DNA of 64,000 bases from Candidatus Campbellbacteria bacterium RIFOXYC2_FULL_35_25. GTDB taxonomy: Bacteria > Patescibacteriota > Minisyncoccia > Phycocordibacterales > UBA12079. Of the stretch, positions 55,893-64,000 are shown piece after piece (the first letter of the stretch is position 1; each line of letters begins with the position of its first letter). The stretch covers positions 26,583-90,582 of the forward strand of contig MFAE01000005.1 of assembly GCA_001774495.1 (NCBI GenBank). Direction: 5' to 3'. The notes beneath the pieces were generated by a model. The model had not been told where the DNA came from and ran no database searches. It saw only the letters and a list, made by a program, of their open reading frames with translations. The position numbers were made by a program, and so were the translations under genes.

Positions 55893-56330
55893 TTAAATTA
55901 CACCGATTTCTCCCAATTTTTCCGCTAATACGTCAGCCTGATTTTCAATTCTCTTTTTGTAAATTCTCCAAGCTTTTTCATCCCAAATTTCTATGTGACT
56001 ATAAACTCCGGCCAAAACAATCTTGTTTTTTAGTCTCGCAAAATCCTTCAAAAAATCTGGTATTAATATTCTTCCAATAGAATCAACATCGGTTTCGACA
56101 GCCCCTGCCAACATAAAACGATTGAATCCTCTCTGATCTGCTTGCCCTATAGAGAGTTGCGACAATTTTTCTGAAACTATTTTCTCCCACTCTATCGGAG
56201 TATATACAGAAAGACAATTATCCAGACCGTGAGTTATTATCACCTTTTTTCCAACTTCTTTACGAAATTTTGCAGGTAATGAAACCCTTTTTTTTATGTC
56301 TATTGTATGTGTGTATTCGCCTATTAACAT
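55893..56330 (-). CDS. mraZ: transcriptional regulator MraZ
   Basis: 145 aa, two DxxxR-type MraZ repeats (TIDIKKRVSLP). Confidence 0.9.
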   Translation of the reverse strand: MLIGEYTHTIDIKKRVSLPAKFRKEVGKKVIITHGLDNCLSVYTPIEWEKIVSEKLSQLSIGQADQRGFNRFMLAGAVETDVDSIGRILIPDFLKDFARLKNKIVLAGVYSHIEIWDEKAWRIYKKRIENQADVLAEKLGEIGVI

Positions 56331-56544
56331 GATTATTTCCAGTGGTTTTTATATCACCCACAATCTCCCACTTACCTACCATTATATACCACCAGATACC
56401 ACAATACAAAACAAGTTATCCACATTCAATATGCCCTTTAAAACCAAAATTTATAATAAAAAAACCCGCAGTCGCCTGAGCGGCCGCGGGGTCTACCTAA
56501 TTTGCTCCAGTGAATACATCAGCTGAAATTTCTTTCTTGTAAAA

Positions 56545-56889
56545 CTAATCATTTTTTTGCAACCACTCCGCGATCCTTTCCGTTCCTGCTTTTCTGTTTT
56601 CCTTATCTTGTTTCCAATTTTCCCTAAATAATGTAATCAAGGAAACAAAAATAGAGAGCGCGAACGAAGCCATCATTGTCGAGAAAAAAGTGTTAAAAAA
56701 CAATGCGGCGTCAATTTCATTGTAACCCGCCAAATAGCAAAAGAGGATTACAGAGACAGTGCAAAGCGATAATGATATCCCCGTTCCCCGCTTCTGTAAA
56801 ACATCCAAAAGTAAAAACGTAAAGAAAACAGCAAAACAAAACCAAAGTGCGAAAAACAAAAAGTAATTCATTGAGTTTCCTCCCTTCAC
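56545..56889 (-). CDS. hypothetical membrane protein
   Basis: 114 aa, 3 TM; terminator hairpin 56461-56500 downstream. Confidence 0.4.
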   Translation of the reverse strand: MKGGNSMNYFLFFALWFCFAVFFTFLLLDVLQKRGTGISLSLCTVSVILFCYLAGYNEIDAALFFNTFFSTMMASFALSIFVSLITLFRENWKQDKENRKAGTERIAEWLQKND

Positions 56890-57036
56890 TTGAAGTTAAA
56901 ATCCTACTTAGAAACTTTTTCTACGAAGAACTATACAACAAATTGAAAATTTAAGCAATATAATGGATGAATATATAAGTACAGAAAACCCTGGCCAATG
57001 AACAGCCAGGGCAAAATCTTCTTAACCTCTTTTTGA

Positions 57037-57375
57037 CTACTTTTTTTGAGGGGGAACCTCCCATTCGTAAATAATATCCTCTCTTTCTTCTTGTTCATTT
57101 CCCTTATATTCACCACGGAAAGCTTTAGGCAACACCGAGGTAAGCTCAAATGTTACTCCTGCAACAAAAGCAGAGGCAGCGAGAATAAAAAGGAAAACTT
57201 CACTTGAGATAGGATAAATTAAAAAATGATTTCTTTCCCAAAATAAAAACGTAGAGAAAAGAAGCCAACAGGCAAGAAACCCGAGAGAAATCTTTGCTTT
57301 AAAATTTGCTAAAAAGGAAAAACTCATTACGACAGCCAACCCAAACAAAATAACAATAGACCATGTGTTTTCCAT
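57037..57375 (-). CDS. hypothetical membrane protein
   Basis: 112 aa, 3 TM. Confidence 0.4.
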   Translation of the reverse strand: MENTWSIVILFGLAVVMSFSFLANFKAKISLGFLACWLLFSTFLFWERNHFLIYPISSEVFLFILAASAFVAGVTFELTSVLPKAFRGEYKGNEQEEREDIIYEWEVPPQKK

Positions 57376-57462
57376 CTTTCATTCCTCCAAGGCTAAGGTT
57401 AATACTATAGATTTCTAAAAAAACAGTACCATATTCGCCCTACAAATGCTATTATCTAATCT

Positions 57463-59526
57463 ATGAAAAATATAAAAATTATGAAAAATAAACATTCAGG
57501 CAAAAAACACGACTCGAAAGATTTTAACCATAACAAAAATAAGCATTCCAACACCTCTAGAAATACTAGGGGTGGAGAAACTATGGAAGGGGTTATTTTT
57601 GTAACAATGAGAGGAAACGGCTTTGTTAAGGTTGTTAATTTAAAAGATGACGTTGAAATATCAGAATTTAATCTTAATACCGCTCTCAATAAAGATATTG
57701 TAAAAATTTCTCTGGAACCAAAAAGAGGCAATCGAGCTGAAGGAAGAGTAGAAGAAATTATCGAAAGAGCTAAAACCGAATTTGTTGGAACTATCACAAA
57801 AAAAGAAGGGGCTATGTTTTTTACTCCAGATGATAAAAAAGTTTATAGAGAAATAGTGATAATCCCTAACAGAAAGTCAGAACAAGCTAAAACAAATCAG
57901 AAAGTACTTATAAAAATGGAACCTTGGACAAATCCTAAGGCTAACCCTAAAGGTGAAATTGTTAAAGTGCTCGGGGACAAGGGGGACAATAATGTTGAGA
58001 TGGAATCCATTGTTTATGAAAAAGGTTTCAGCCCTCACTTCCCTAAAAGTATAGAGGACGAGGCCCACAGAATAAAAGAAAGTGCCCCTGCTGATTTCGA
58101 AGAGGAAGTTAAAAAAAGACTTTCTGCCCCAGATGGACCACCTTCAAGTTGGGATTTTAGAAATACCACAACTTTTACCATTGACCCTTTTGACGCTAAA
58201 GATTTCGACGATGCTCTTTCCTTTAAAGAATTGCCTGACGGAAACTATGAAGTTGGTATCCATATTGCTGATGTAACTCATTATGTAAAAGAAGGAAGTA
58301 TTATTGATAAAGAAGCCGTAAAAAGAGGAACTTCTATTTATTTAGTTGACCGAACAATTCCAATGCTACCAGAAGTTTTGTCTAACGACCTTTGTTCGCT
58401 GAACCCTCATACAGATAAACTGGCTTATTCCGCTATTTTTAAAATAAATGACAAATGCGAAGTCTTGGATCGATGGTTTGGAGAAACAATAATAAATTCT
58501 AACCGAAGATTCAGCTATCTAGAAGCCCAGGAAGTTTTAGATAAACATGAGGGAGAGTTCCACAAGGAATTATTTACATTGAATGAACTGGCTTTAATCA
58601 AAAGAAAAAGAAGAACAAAAAACGGAGCAATAACTTTTGGAAGTATAGAAGTAAAATTTAAATTAGATGAAAAAGGTTTCCCTATTGAAGTTTATGAAAA
58701 AGAACTATTGGAAACCAATGAGTTAATTGAAGATTTTATGCTTTTGGCAAACAGAGAAGTTTCTGAATACATAGACCGTCTAAACAAAAAGACTGGGGTG
58801 ATTAATCCTTTTGTTTACAGAATCCACGATGTCCCTAAACAAGAAAAAATTATTGAACTACAATCTTATTTAAGAAATATTGGTTATGAATTAAACACGG
58901 ATAAAGACGGCAATGTGACAGCAAAAGATATAAATAAATTATTAAACATAATTCAAGGAATAGACGAGCAGGACCTTATTGAAAAAGCTATTTTGAAATC
59001 AATGGCAAAAGCTATCTACTCAACAACCAACATTGGACATTTCGGTTTGGCTTTTGAACATTACACTCATTTCACCTCCCCTATCCGAAGATATCCTGAC
59101 ATGATGGTACACCGTCTAATGAAAAAGTATCTAAAAGACGAAAGAATTTCTGCTCAAGAAAAAAGAACTTACGACAGACTTTGTGCTAGTTCCTCAAGAC
59201 AAGAAATTGTTGCCGTGGAAGCAGAAAGGGACTCACAAAAATACAAATACACAGAATATATGTCACAACGAATTGGGGAAGAATTTGAAGGAATAATCAC
59301 GAGCGTTGTAGAATGGGGAGTTTACGTACAGGACTCTGTAACTAAGACGGAAGGTCTAGTGAGTGTCAGAAGCCTAAAAGACGACCATTATAACATTGAC
59401 CCAAAAAACTATCGAATCAAAGGAGAAAAAACCGGGAGGACTCTCACCCTTGGTGACAAGGTTAAAGTTAAATTGACCGGAACCGATCTAGACAAGAGGA
59501 CGATAGACTTTGAGATAATAGGGTAA
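57463..59526 (+). CDS. rnr: ribonuclease R (RNB-family 3'-5' exoribonuclease) with basic His/Lys-rich N-terminus and C-terminal S1 domain
   Basis: RNB catalytic motifs (DPFDAKDFDDALS, LVDRTIPMLP), S1 domain at C-terminus. Confidence 0.9.
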   Translation: MKNIKIMKNKHSGKKHDSKDFNHNKNKHSNTSRNTRGGETMEGVIFVTMRGNGFVKVVNLKDDVEISEFNLNTALNKDIVKISLEPKRGNRAEGRVEEIIERAKTEFVGTITKKEGAMFFTPDDKKVYREIVIIPNRKSEQAKTNQKVLIKMEPWTNPKANPKGEIVKVLGDKGDNNVEMESIVYEKGFSPHFPKSIEDEAHRIKESAPADFEEEVKKRLSAPDGPPSSWDFRNTTTFTIDPFDAKDFDDALSFKELPDGNYEVGIHIADVTHYVKEGSIIDKEAVKRGTSIYLVDRTIPMLPEVLSNDLCSLNPHTDKLAYSAIFKINDKCEVLDRWFGETIINSNRRFSYLEAQEVLDKHEGEFHKELFTLNELALIKRKRRTKNGAITFGSIEVKFKLDEKGFPIEVYEKELLETNELIEDFMLLANREVSEYIDRLNKKTGVINPFVYRIHDVPKQEKIIELQSYLRNIGYELNTDKDGNVTAKDINKLLNIIQGIDEQDLIEKAILKSMAKAIYSTTNIGHFGLAFEHYTHFTSPIRRYPDMMVHRLMKKYLKDERISAQEKRTYDRLCASSSRQEIVAVEAERDSQKYKYTEYMSQRIGEEFEGIITSVVEWGVYVQDSVTKTEGLVSVRSLKDDHYNIDPKNYRIKGEKTGRTLTLGDKVKVKLTGTDLDKRTIDFEIIG

Positions 59527-59544
59527 AAAATCATTTCATTTCAA

Positions 59545-59582
59545 AACAAAAAAACAAACACAGGGAGTGTTTGTTTTTTTGT
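59545..59582. terminator. hairpin acaaacac aggga gtgtttgt + T-run (bidirectional)
   Basis: between convergent rnr and 59600..62245. Confidence 0.7.
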
Positions 59583-59599
59583 TTCCATTTAATTTCTTT

Positions 59600-62245
59600 C
59601 TAATCCCCGTAAACCTCCCCAAACACTTTTCTCGTCTTCGGCCCAAAAACTCCATAACCTGTTCCTCCTGCAGAACCAGAACAAACAATGTTGTGTTTGC
59701 ATTGGAATCTTTGAATAGCTTTGGTAGTAAGTGAACCATAGTAACCAGAAGTGAGGCCTTCGGGATAAAGGGAGGGATCCTGAGCCAAAGTTTCTTGAAG
59801 CTTTTTAACCTGTTCGTTTTCCAAACCGTAGTAAAGATTAGAGGTAAAAGAGTAACCACTGGTAGACGGTTGGCTGGTAGTAGTTGAAGAAGAAGGACTT
59901 GCAGTCTCTGTTCCTCGGAGAGCTATAGTAGCCTTGGCGAGTGTAGCTTGGTCGGCACCAAAGGATTGAATAAGGGTAAGGATTGCTTGAATCTGAGTTT
60001 CTGAGAGACTGGAAGAGTTAGTTGTTGCGATGGTGTTGGTAACGGGTACCAAGGAGGTAGAAGAAGTCCTTGGGGCAGTAAATGTTGTGGGGGTTCCTCC
60101 GCCAGTGGAAGGGGTTGTTACTGGTGGAGTATAACTGCCCCCTCCACCTCCACCTCCACCTCCTCCACTATTAACTAAGGTCACCGCAGTCTGAGTAGTA
60201 GCACTCACTACCGTAGAATAATCGCTTGTATTAGATGTAGTGTCGTAAGCACTCACTCTGAAAGTATAAGTAGTGTTGGCTGTTAATCCTGTGTTGGAGT
60301 AGGAATTACTGGTAGTGGTTGTGATTAAACTAGTTGGCGTGCAGGAAGACCCGGTACACCTGTAAATGCTGTAGCCACTTACTCCTGAGTTATCAGTGGA
60401 GGCTGTCCAAGTTAGATTGATTTGGGAAGAAGAAATAGCTGTCGCAGTTAGATTAGCAGGGGTAGTGGGGACAGAAGTATCAACTACGGGTAAAGCAATG
60501 TTGAAAGTAATAAGGGTGTCGGTAGCATTACTATTTCCCAAGACATCAATACAACGGGCATAGTAAGTATGGCTACCACTACTTAATCCACTCACTGTTG
60601 CTGTATGGTTTGTAGTAGCAGCTCCTGAGAACGTATTAGTTTTTGATGCAAAAGAAACCCCAGCCGTAATGGAATACGTACAAATAGCTGGCTCGTCAGT
60701 AGTAAGTGAAAGTGTAGCTGAGGTGGTTCCTGCCGTTAGGGTACCAGTGGGGGTAGGAGAAGAAATAACAGGGGCGGCAGTTTCAGCTACGAGAACAGTA
60801 CAAGATTGAGTTTCTGTTGTGATTGGTTTGGTCGTGGTGGTTTTACAGCTATTAGCATCGGTACAAATTCGATTGTGAGACTGAGAACTGTTGGCACATG
60901 TGCTCCAAATTGTCCAACCTGAGCAATACCAGTTTTCGACACAGACAGGAGTAATATATTTTTCCAAATATCTTTCCACTGACCAACCGTCAATAGCATT
61001 GTCATAGTTTATTTGCCACCACCAATCACTACCATTATATGTTGGGCCACCAATAACAGTGCCGAGAGAGCCGGTCGGCTCATTTCCAAGATAGGTACCA
61101 ATAAAAGACGGAGTAGCACGGACATTGAGAGTGGTTGTTGTTTTGACACGATCGTTAATAACTAGTTTGGTGGAAACTGTCTGTGAGCTGGTGCAGGATT
61201 GAGTTTGGGTTTCAATTGGTTTGGTGTTGGTGGTGCCACAACTCTTGGTGTCAGTACAAGCTCTGGTTTGGTTTTGGAAGTTATTGGTGCACGTGGACCA
61301 AGCGGACCAGTTTGTGCAGGACCAGGTTTCGGTGCAGGCAGCTGGAGGTGGAGCGACAACTTCATTCGGCATTCTATTCCAAATCTGAACATCATCCAGC
61401 CAGAACTTCCAGTTACCTGAGGTTGTGCGACCTTCTGATGTGCTTCCATTCATAGGCATCACCGGACCTTTATAATAAGCAGGGGTAACAACCGCAATTC
61501 TTTTGAAATCTTCTGATTGATGAATGCCCTCTTGATTTAATTTAGCATCTGAGACTGCATAACTGCCACTGTCATCTCGCCACATCCTAAGAGCTCCATC
61601 AGTTGCACTTGATGACGAGGGCATTTTGACTTCAATAGCGTATTCATGCCATTGATTATCCTTTAAATAAATGTTAGTACCCCACATAACTTTACCAGAA
61701 TCATACCAATAAGTTGAACCACCATGTAGCCATCCAGCACCAAATGTTGCTTCTATTGAACGATTAGTAACCCCATTTATTCTAAGATGATTTGCTCCTC
61801 CCGAGCTCGCAGGTCCGCCAGGAAGAATATAGTCTGTTGCTTCTCCCACCCAATCTACTGGAAACTTTGCGGCGTATTTTATAAAAAGAACATCGCCAAA
61901 AGTCATTGTGCTTCTTCCGAAGATGTTTGGGAAATCAGATACAAAAAAAGAGTCCGTATCATAATCATTTAAAATACGACCATTTGGATCCATGCTCCTG
62001 ACGGCAAAAGATCCTCCGAAAGGACTATCCGAATCCAAGGTAAATCTATCTTTTTTTCCAGCTATATCCTGAGTAAATCCTTTTGCTGAATAATGACTCC
62101 AAATGCTTTCATCCAAGTTATCGCTTTCTTCAAAATCAGCACAGATTTTAAGCCCTTCAGGCATTGGATTAGGGCAATTTGCTTTCGCAGTGGAAGAAAA
62201 ACCAAAACAAATAAACAACACGAACAATACAATTATTTTTTTCAT
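59600..62245 (-). CDS. large secreted surface protein: signal peptide, ConA/glucanase-like beta-sandwich N-domain, 2 TSP1-like WSxWS Cys-rich repeats, SH3b-like segment, FN3 domains, poly-Gly linker, C-terminal peptidoglycan-binding (PG_binding_1-like) domain
   Basis: 881 aa; CTNWSAWSTCTNN..RACT and CSGWTIWSTCANS..RICT repeats; NLTWTASTDNSGVSGYSIYR FN3; GGGGGGGGGGG encoded by (cctcca)n 60135-60170; GVFGPKTRKVFGEVYG at C-terminus; GC clearly above window average. Confidence 0.8.
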   Translation of the reverse strand: MKKIIVLFVLFICFGFSSTAKANCPNPMPEGLKICADFEESDNLDESIWSHYSAKGFTQDIAGKKDRFTLDSDSPFGGSFAVRSMDPNGRILNDYDTDSFFVSDFPNIFGRSTMTFGDVLFIKYAAKFPVDWVGEATDYILPGGPASSGGANHLRINGVTNRSIEATFGAGWLHGGSTYWYDSGKVMWGTNIYLKDNQWHEYAIEVKMPSSSSATDGALRMWRDDSGSYAVSDAKLNQEGIHQSEDFKRIAVVTPAYYKGPVMPMNGSTSEGRTTSGNWKFWLDDVQIWNRMPNEVVAPPPAACTETWSCTNWSAWSTCTNNFQNQTRACTDTKSCGTTNTKPIETQTQSCTSSQTVSTKLVINDRVKTTTTLNVRATPSFIGTYLGNEPTGSLGTVIGGPTYNGSDWWWQINYDNAIDGWSVERYLEKYITPVCVENWYCSGWTIWSTCANSSQSHNRICTDANSCKTTTTKPITTETQSCTVLVAETAAPVISSPTPTGTLTAGTTSATLSLTTDEPAICTYSITAGVSFASKTNTFSGAATTNHTATVSGLSSGSHTYYARCIDVLGNSNATDTLITFNIALPVVDTSVPTTPANLTATAISSSQINLTWTASTDNSGVSGYSIYRCTGSSCTPTSLITTTTSNSYSNTGLTANTTYTFRVSAYDTTSNTSDYSTVVSATTQTAVTLVNSGGGGGGGGGGSYTPPVTTPSTGGGTPTTFTAPRTSSTSLVPVTNTIATTNSSSLSETQIQAILTLIQSFGADQATLAKATIALRGTETASPSSSTTTSQPSTSGYSFTSNLYYGLENEQVKKLQETLAQDPSLYPEGLTSGYYGSLTTKAIQRFQCKHNIVCSGSAGGTGYGVFGPKTRKVFGEVYGD

Positions 62246-62413
62246 TTTATTTTTATTTTTACGAAAATACTGAATAATTAAGATACATTTAATAAATTAA
62301 TTTTTAATTATCAATGCTTTTAATGTATACTAATTTCCCCTAATTAGTAAGTGTGTTTATCCACAAACCCTCTAAAAAACGAGTTGCTATAAAAAATTGA
62401 CAAAAAAATCATT

Positions 62414-62821
62414 TTGTATTATTCTGGTGGAGGAATTAGTTTGGGAGATTTTCAATCTTTTACTTCGGGGGAAGAAAACATGATAATCACTCAGGAATTT
62501 TTGGAAAAAAACGGTGCATGTCCTGCTCTTTTGAATGCCTTTTGGAAGGAACTAGATGGTCAGGCTCCTGTAAAAAGAACTCTGCGGTGGCTACGAAGAA
62601 CGTACATGGGATGTTGGGAAGCTTGGTTTTTAACCGTAACCCTCCCCGTAACACAAGCTTTTGTGGAAGAAGGGGCTAACCCTCGTGCTTACGAGGATCG
62701 AGCCCTCAAACTGACCCACGGCAAAAAGCCGGAAATACACATCTTTCTCATTGACCAGATAAGGGAACGGGAGGAACAAGAAGAAAAGGAAAGAAAGAAT
62801 CGCCTCATAAGACGATCCTGA
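62414..62821 (+). CDS. hypothetical protein, GC-richer (likely start ATG 62480; ORF-track start is TTG)
   Basis: ~113 aa; TGA stop; hairpin terminator 62836-62866. Confidence 0.35.
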   Translation: MYYSGGGISLGDFQSFTSGEENMIITQEFLEKNGACPALLNAFWKELDGQAPVKRTLRWLRRTYMGCWEAWFLTVTLPVTQAFVEEGANPRAYEDRALKLTHGKKPEIHIFLIDQIREREEQEEKERKNRLIRRS

Positions 62822-62914
62822 TCAAGAGGAATAAGACCCGGCGAGAAATCGTCGGGTCTCACTTTTTATATATTTACTGTTTCAAAAACCTTAAAAACTT
62901 CTTTCTTGGCAAAC

Positions 62915-64000
62915 CTATTTAGCCACTTTAACCGCTTCATCCAATTCAACTGAAAGCAACCGAGAAACTCCATCACCTCCCATAGTTATCCCATAAAGCA
63001 AACCTGCTCGTGCCATTGTTTCGCGGTTGTGGGTAATAAGAATTAATTGAGAATATTTTGAAAGGTTCTCTATCATGTCTCCGTAACGACGTGAATTGGC
63101 TTCATCTAAAGCTGCATCAGTTTCATCCAAGATGATAAATGGTGGTGGATTAATTTGAGACATAGCAAAAATAAGAGCAATAGAAGTTAAAGACCTCTCC
63201 CCTCCAGAAAGCATCTGCAAGCCCTTTGTCTTTTTGTTAGGCAAAGCCACATTAATATCAATTCCATCCTGCTCTTGTTGTTCCTCCTCTTCATTATATT
63301 CCTCAGCAGAGGTAGCTACAGCAAAGTCATCAATATCCTCCGCTTTTTTTCTTTTTTGAGCCTTCACAGAAAACAATTCTGCTCTCCCCCCTCCAAACAT
63401 AGTTGCGAAAAAACTATTAAACTGAACATTTATTTTTTCAATTCCCTCTTTAAATTCAAGGTCTAATTTTTCTTTTAATTCAGCTATTAATTCATTTAAC
63501 GAAGTCGCTGATTTATCTAAATCCAAGATTTCTTTTTCTAAAAATTCGTCCCTTTCTTGAACCTCTTTATACTCTTTCATTATTTCTTCACTTGAACCAC
63601 CCCCCATATCCTCCAATTTGATTTTTATTCTTTCAATTATTCTGCGTCGCTCTTCTTGTTTATTTCGGTCTTCATTAATGACTTCTTCTAGGCTAATTTC
63701 AAAATCAAAAAACTGAATAGAATCTCTCCCCGCCAAAACAAAGGCTTCTTTTAATTCTCTTTTATAGTTTTCATCCTCGATATCTATTTTGTCCTCTAAG
63801 TTTTTTAATGAATTCAATTTTGAATTTATTTCAGATTTCTGTGCTTTGATTTCAAAAATCCTTACTTCAGCCTTTCTGCTAGTATCCTTTTCTGATTCAA
63901 TCTCACTTTTTACTTTTTCAAAATCAGCAACAACAATCTTTTCTTCTGACAAAAAGTTTTTCATTTCTTCATCTAATCCTTTTTTTTCTTCCTTTAGTTT
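62915..64000 (-). CDS. smc: chromosome partition protein Smc, C-terminal head segment (5' part of gene beyond window end)
   Basis: LSGGERSLTSIALIFAM signature motif, Walker B FIILDETDAALD, coiled coil upstream. Confidence 0.9.
   Translation of the reverse strand, partial: KLKEEKKGLDEEMKNFLSEEKIVVADFEKVKSEIESEKDTSRKAEVRIFEIKAQKSEINSKLNSLKNLEDKIDIEDENYKRELKEAFVLAGRDSIQFFDFEISLEEVINEDRNKQEERRRIIERIKIKLEDMGGGSSEEIMKEYKEVQERDEFLEKEILDLDKSATSLNELIAELKEKLDLEFKEGIEKINVQFNSFFATMFGGGRAELFSVKAQKRKKAEDIDDFAVATSAEEYNEEEEQQEQDGIDINVALPNKKTKGLQMLSGGERSLTSIALIFAMSQINPPPFIILDETDAALDEANSRRYGDMIENLSKYSQLILITHNRETMARAGLLYGITMGGDGVSRLLSVELDEAVKVAK

Noticed and set aside
56418-62365. Replication origin, based on two perfect DnaA boxes TTATCCACA at 56418-56426 and 62357-62365
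   Set aside because: These are single isolated boxes more than 5 kb apart, with no dnaA gene, no cluster of boxes and no AT-rich DUE adjacent. They are most likely incidental or regulatory, with the first lying upstream of mraZ.

Overview
This is a 64-kb AT-rich (roughly one-third GC) bacterial chromosome segment. It has short intergenic regions, a minimal dcw cluster and many Shine-Dalgarno-less genes, which fits a Patescibacteria/CPR (Parcubacteria-like) genome. That lineage call is an inference from the sequence alone. The standard genetic code is in use: long housekeeping ORFs are intact and TGA is used as a stop.

Core genes recognised: dnaE (5'-partial), lysS, greA, rpmA, rplI, ctpA-like S41 protease, corA, cysS, dnaB, recR, rmuC, a Ca/Mg-type P-type ATPase, gatB/yqeY-domain protein, glutaredoxin, ftsB-like, leuS, an SPFH protein, ychF, a YgjP-like hydrolase, murJ, an O-antigen-ligase-like TPR protein, mraY, dacA-like, scpB, scpA, lepA, murF, ftsI, ftsL-like, rsmH, mraZ, rnr and smc (3'-partial). 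Four tRNAs are present: Glu-CUC, Phe-GAA, Arg-CCU and Gly-CCC. No rRNA, CRISPR array, integrase or transposase gene was found.

Accessory signal worth attention:
- Three tRNA loci (Glu, Phe, Gly) are each followed by long inverted repeats that include the tRNA 3' end, by partial tRNA copies, and by shared 20-40-bp repeat modules. These look like integration scars. The Phe locus carries a GC-rich gene for a very basic 79-aa protein.
- An orphan membrane-anchored wHTH plus Cas2-fold gene is bracketed by two identical 40-bp palindromes.
- A 9.5-copy heptanucleotide tandem repeat lies in a promoter region.
- A 468-bp perfect duplication carries a duplicated small membrane-protein gene inside a mosaic of hairpin repeats. 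Next to it, an SD-led zinc-ribbon ORF is split by an in-frame TGA.
- Several GC-rich islets encode small Cys-rich proteins, each bracketed by GC hairpins. Two of those hairpin elements are homologous.
- G-less leader motifs occur directly upstream of start codons.
- An 881-aa GC-elevated surface protein has TSP1-like WSxWS repeats, FN3 domains, a poly-Gly tract and a PG-binding domain.
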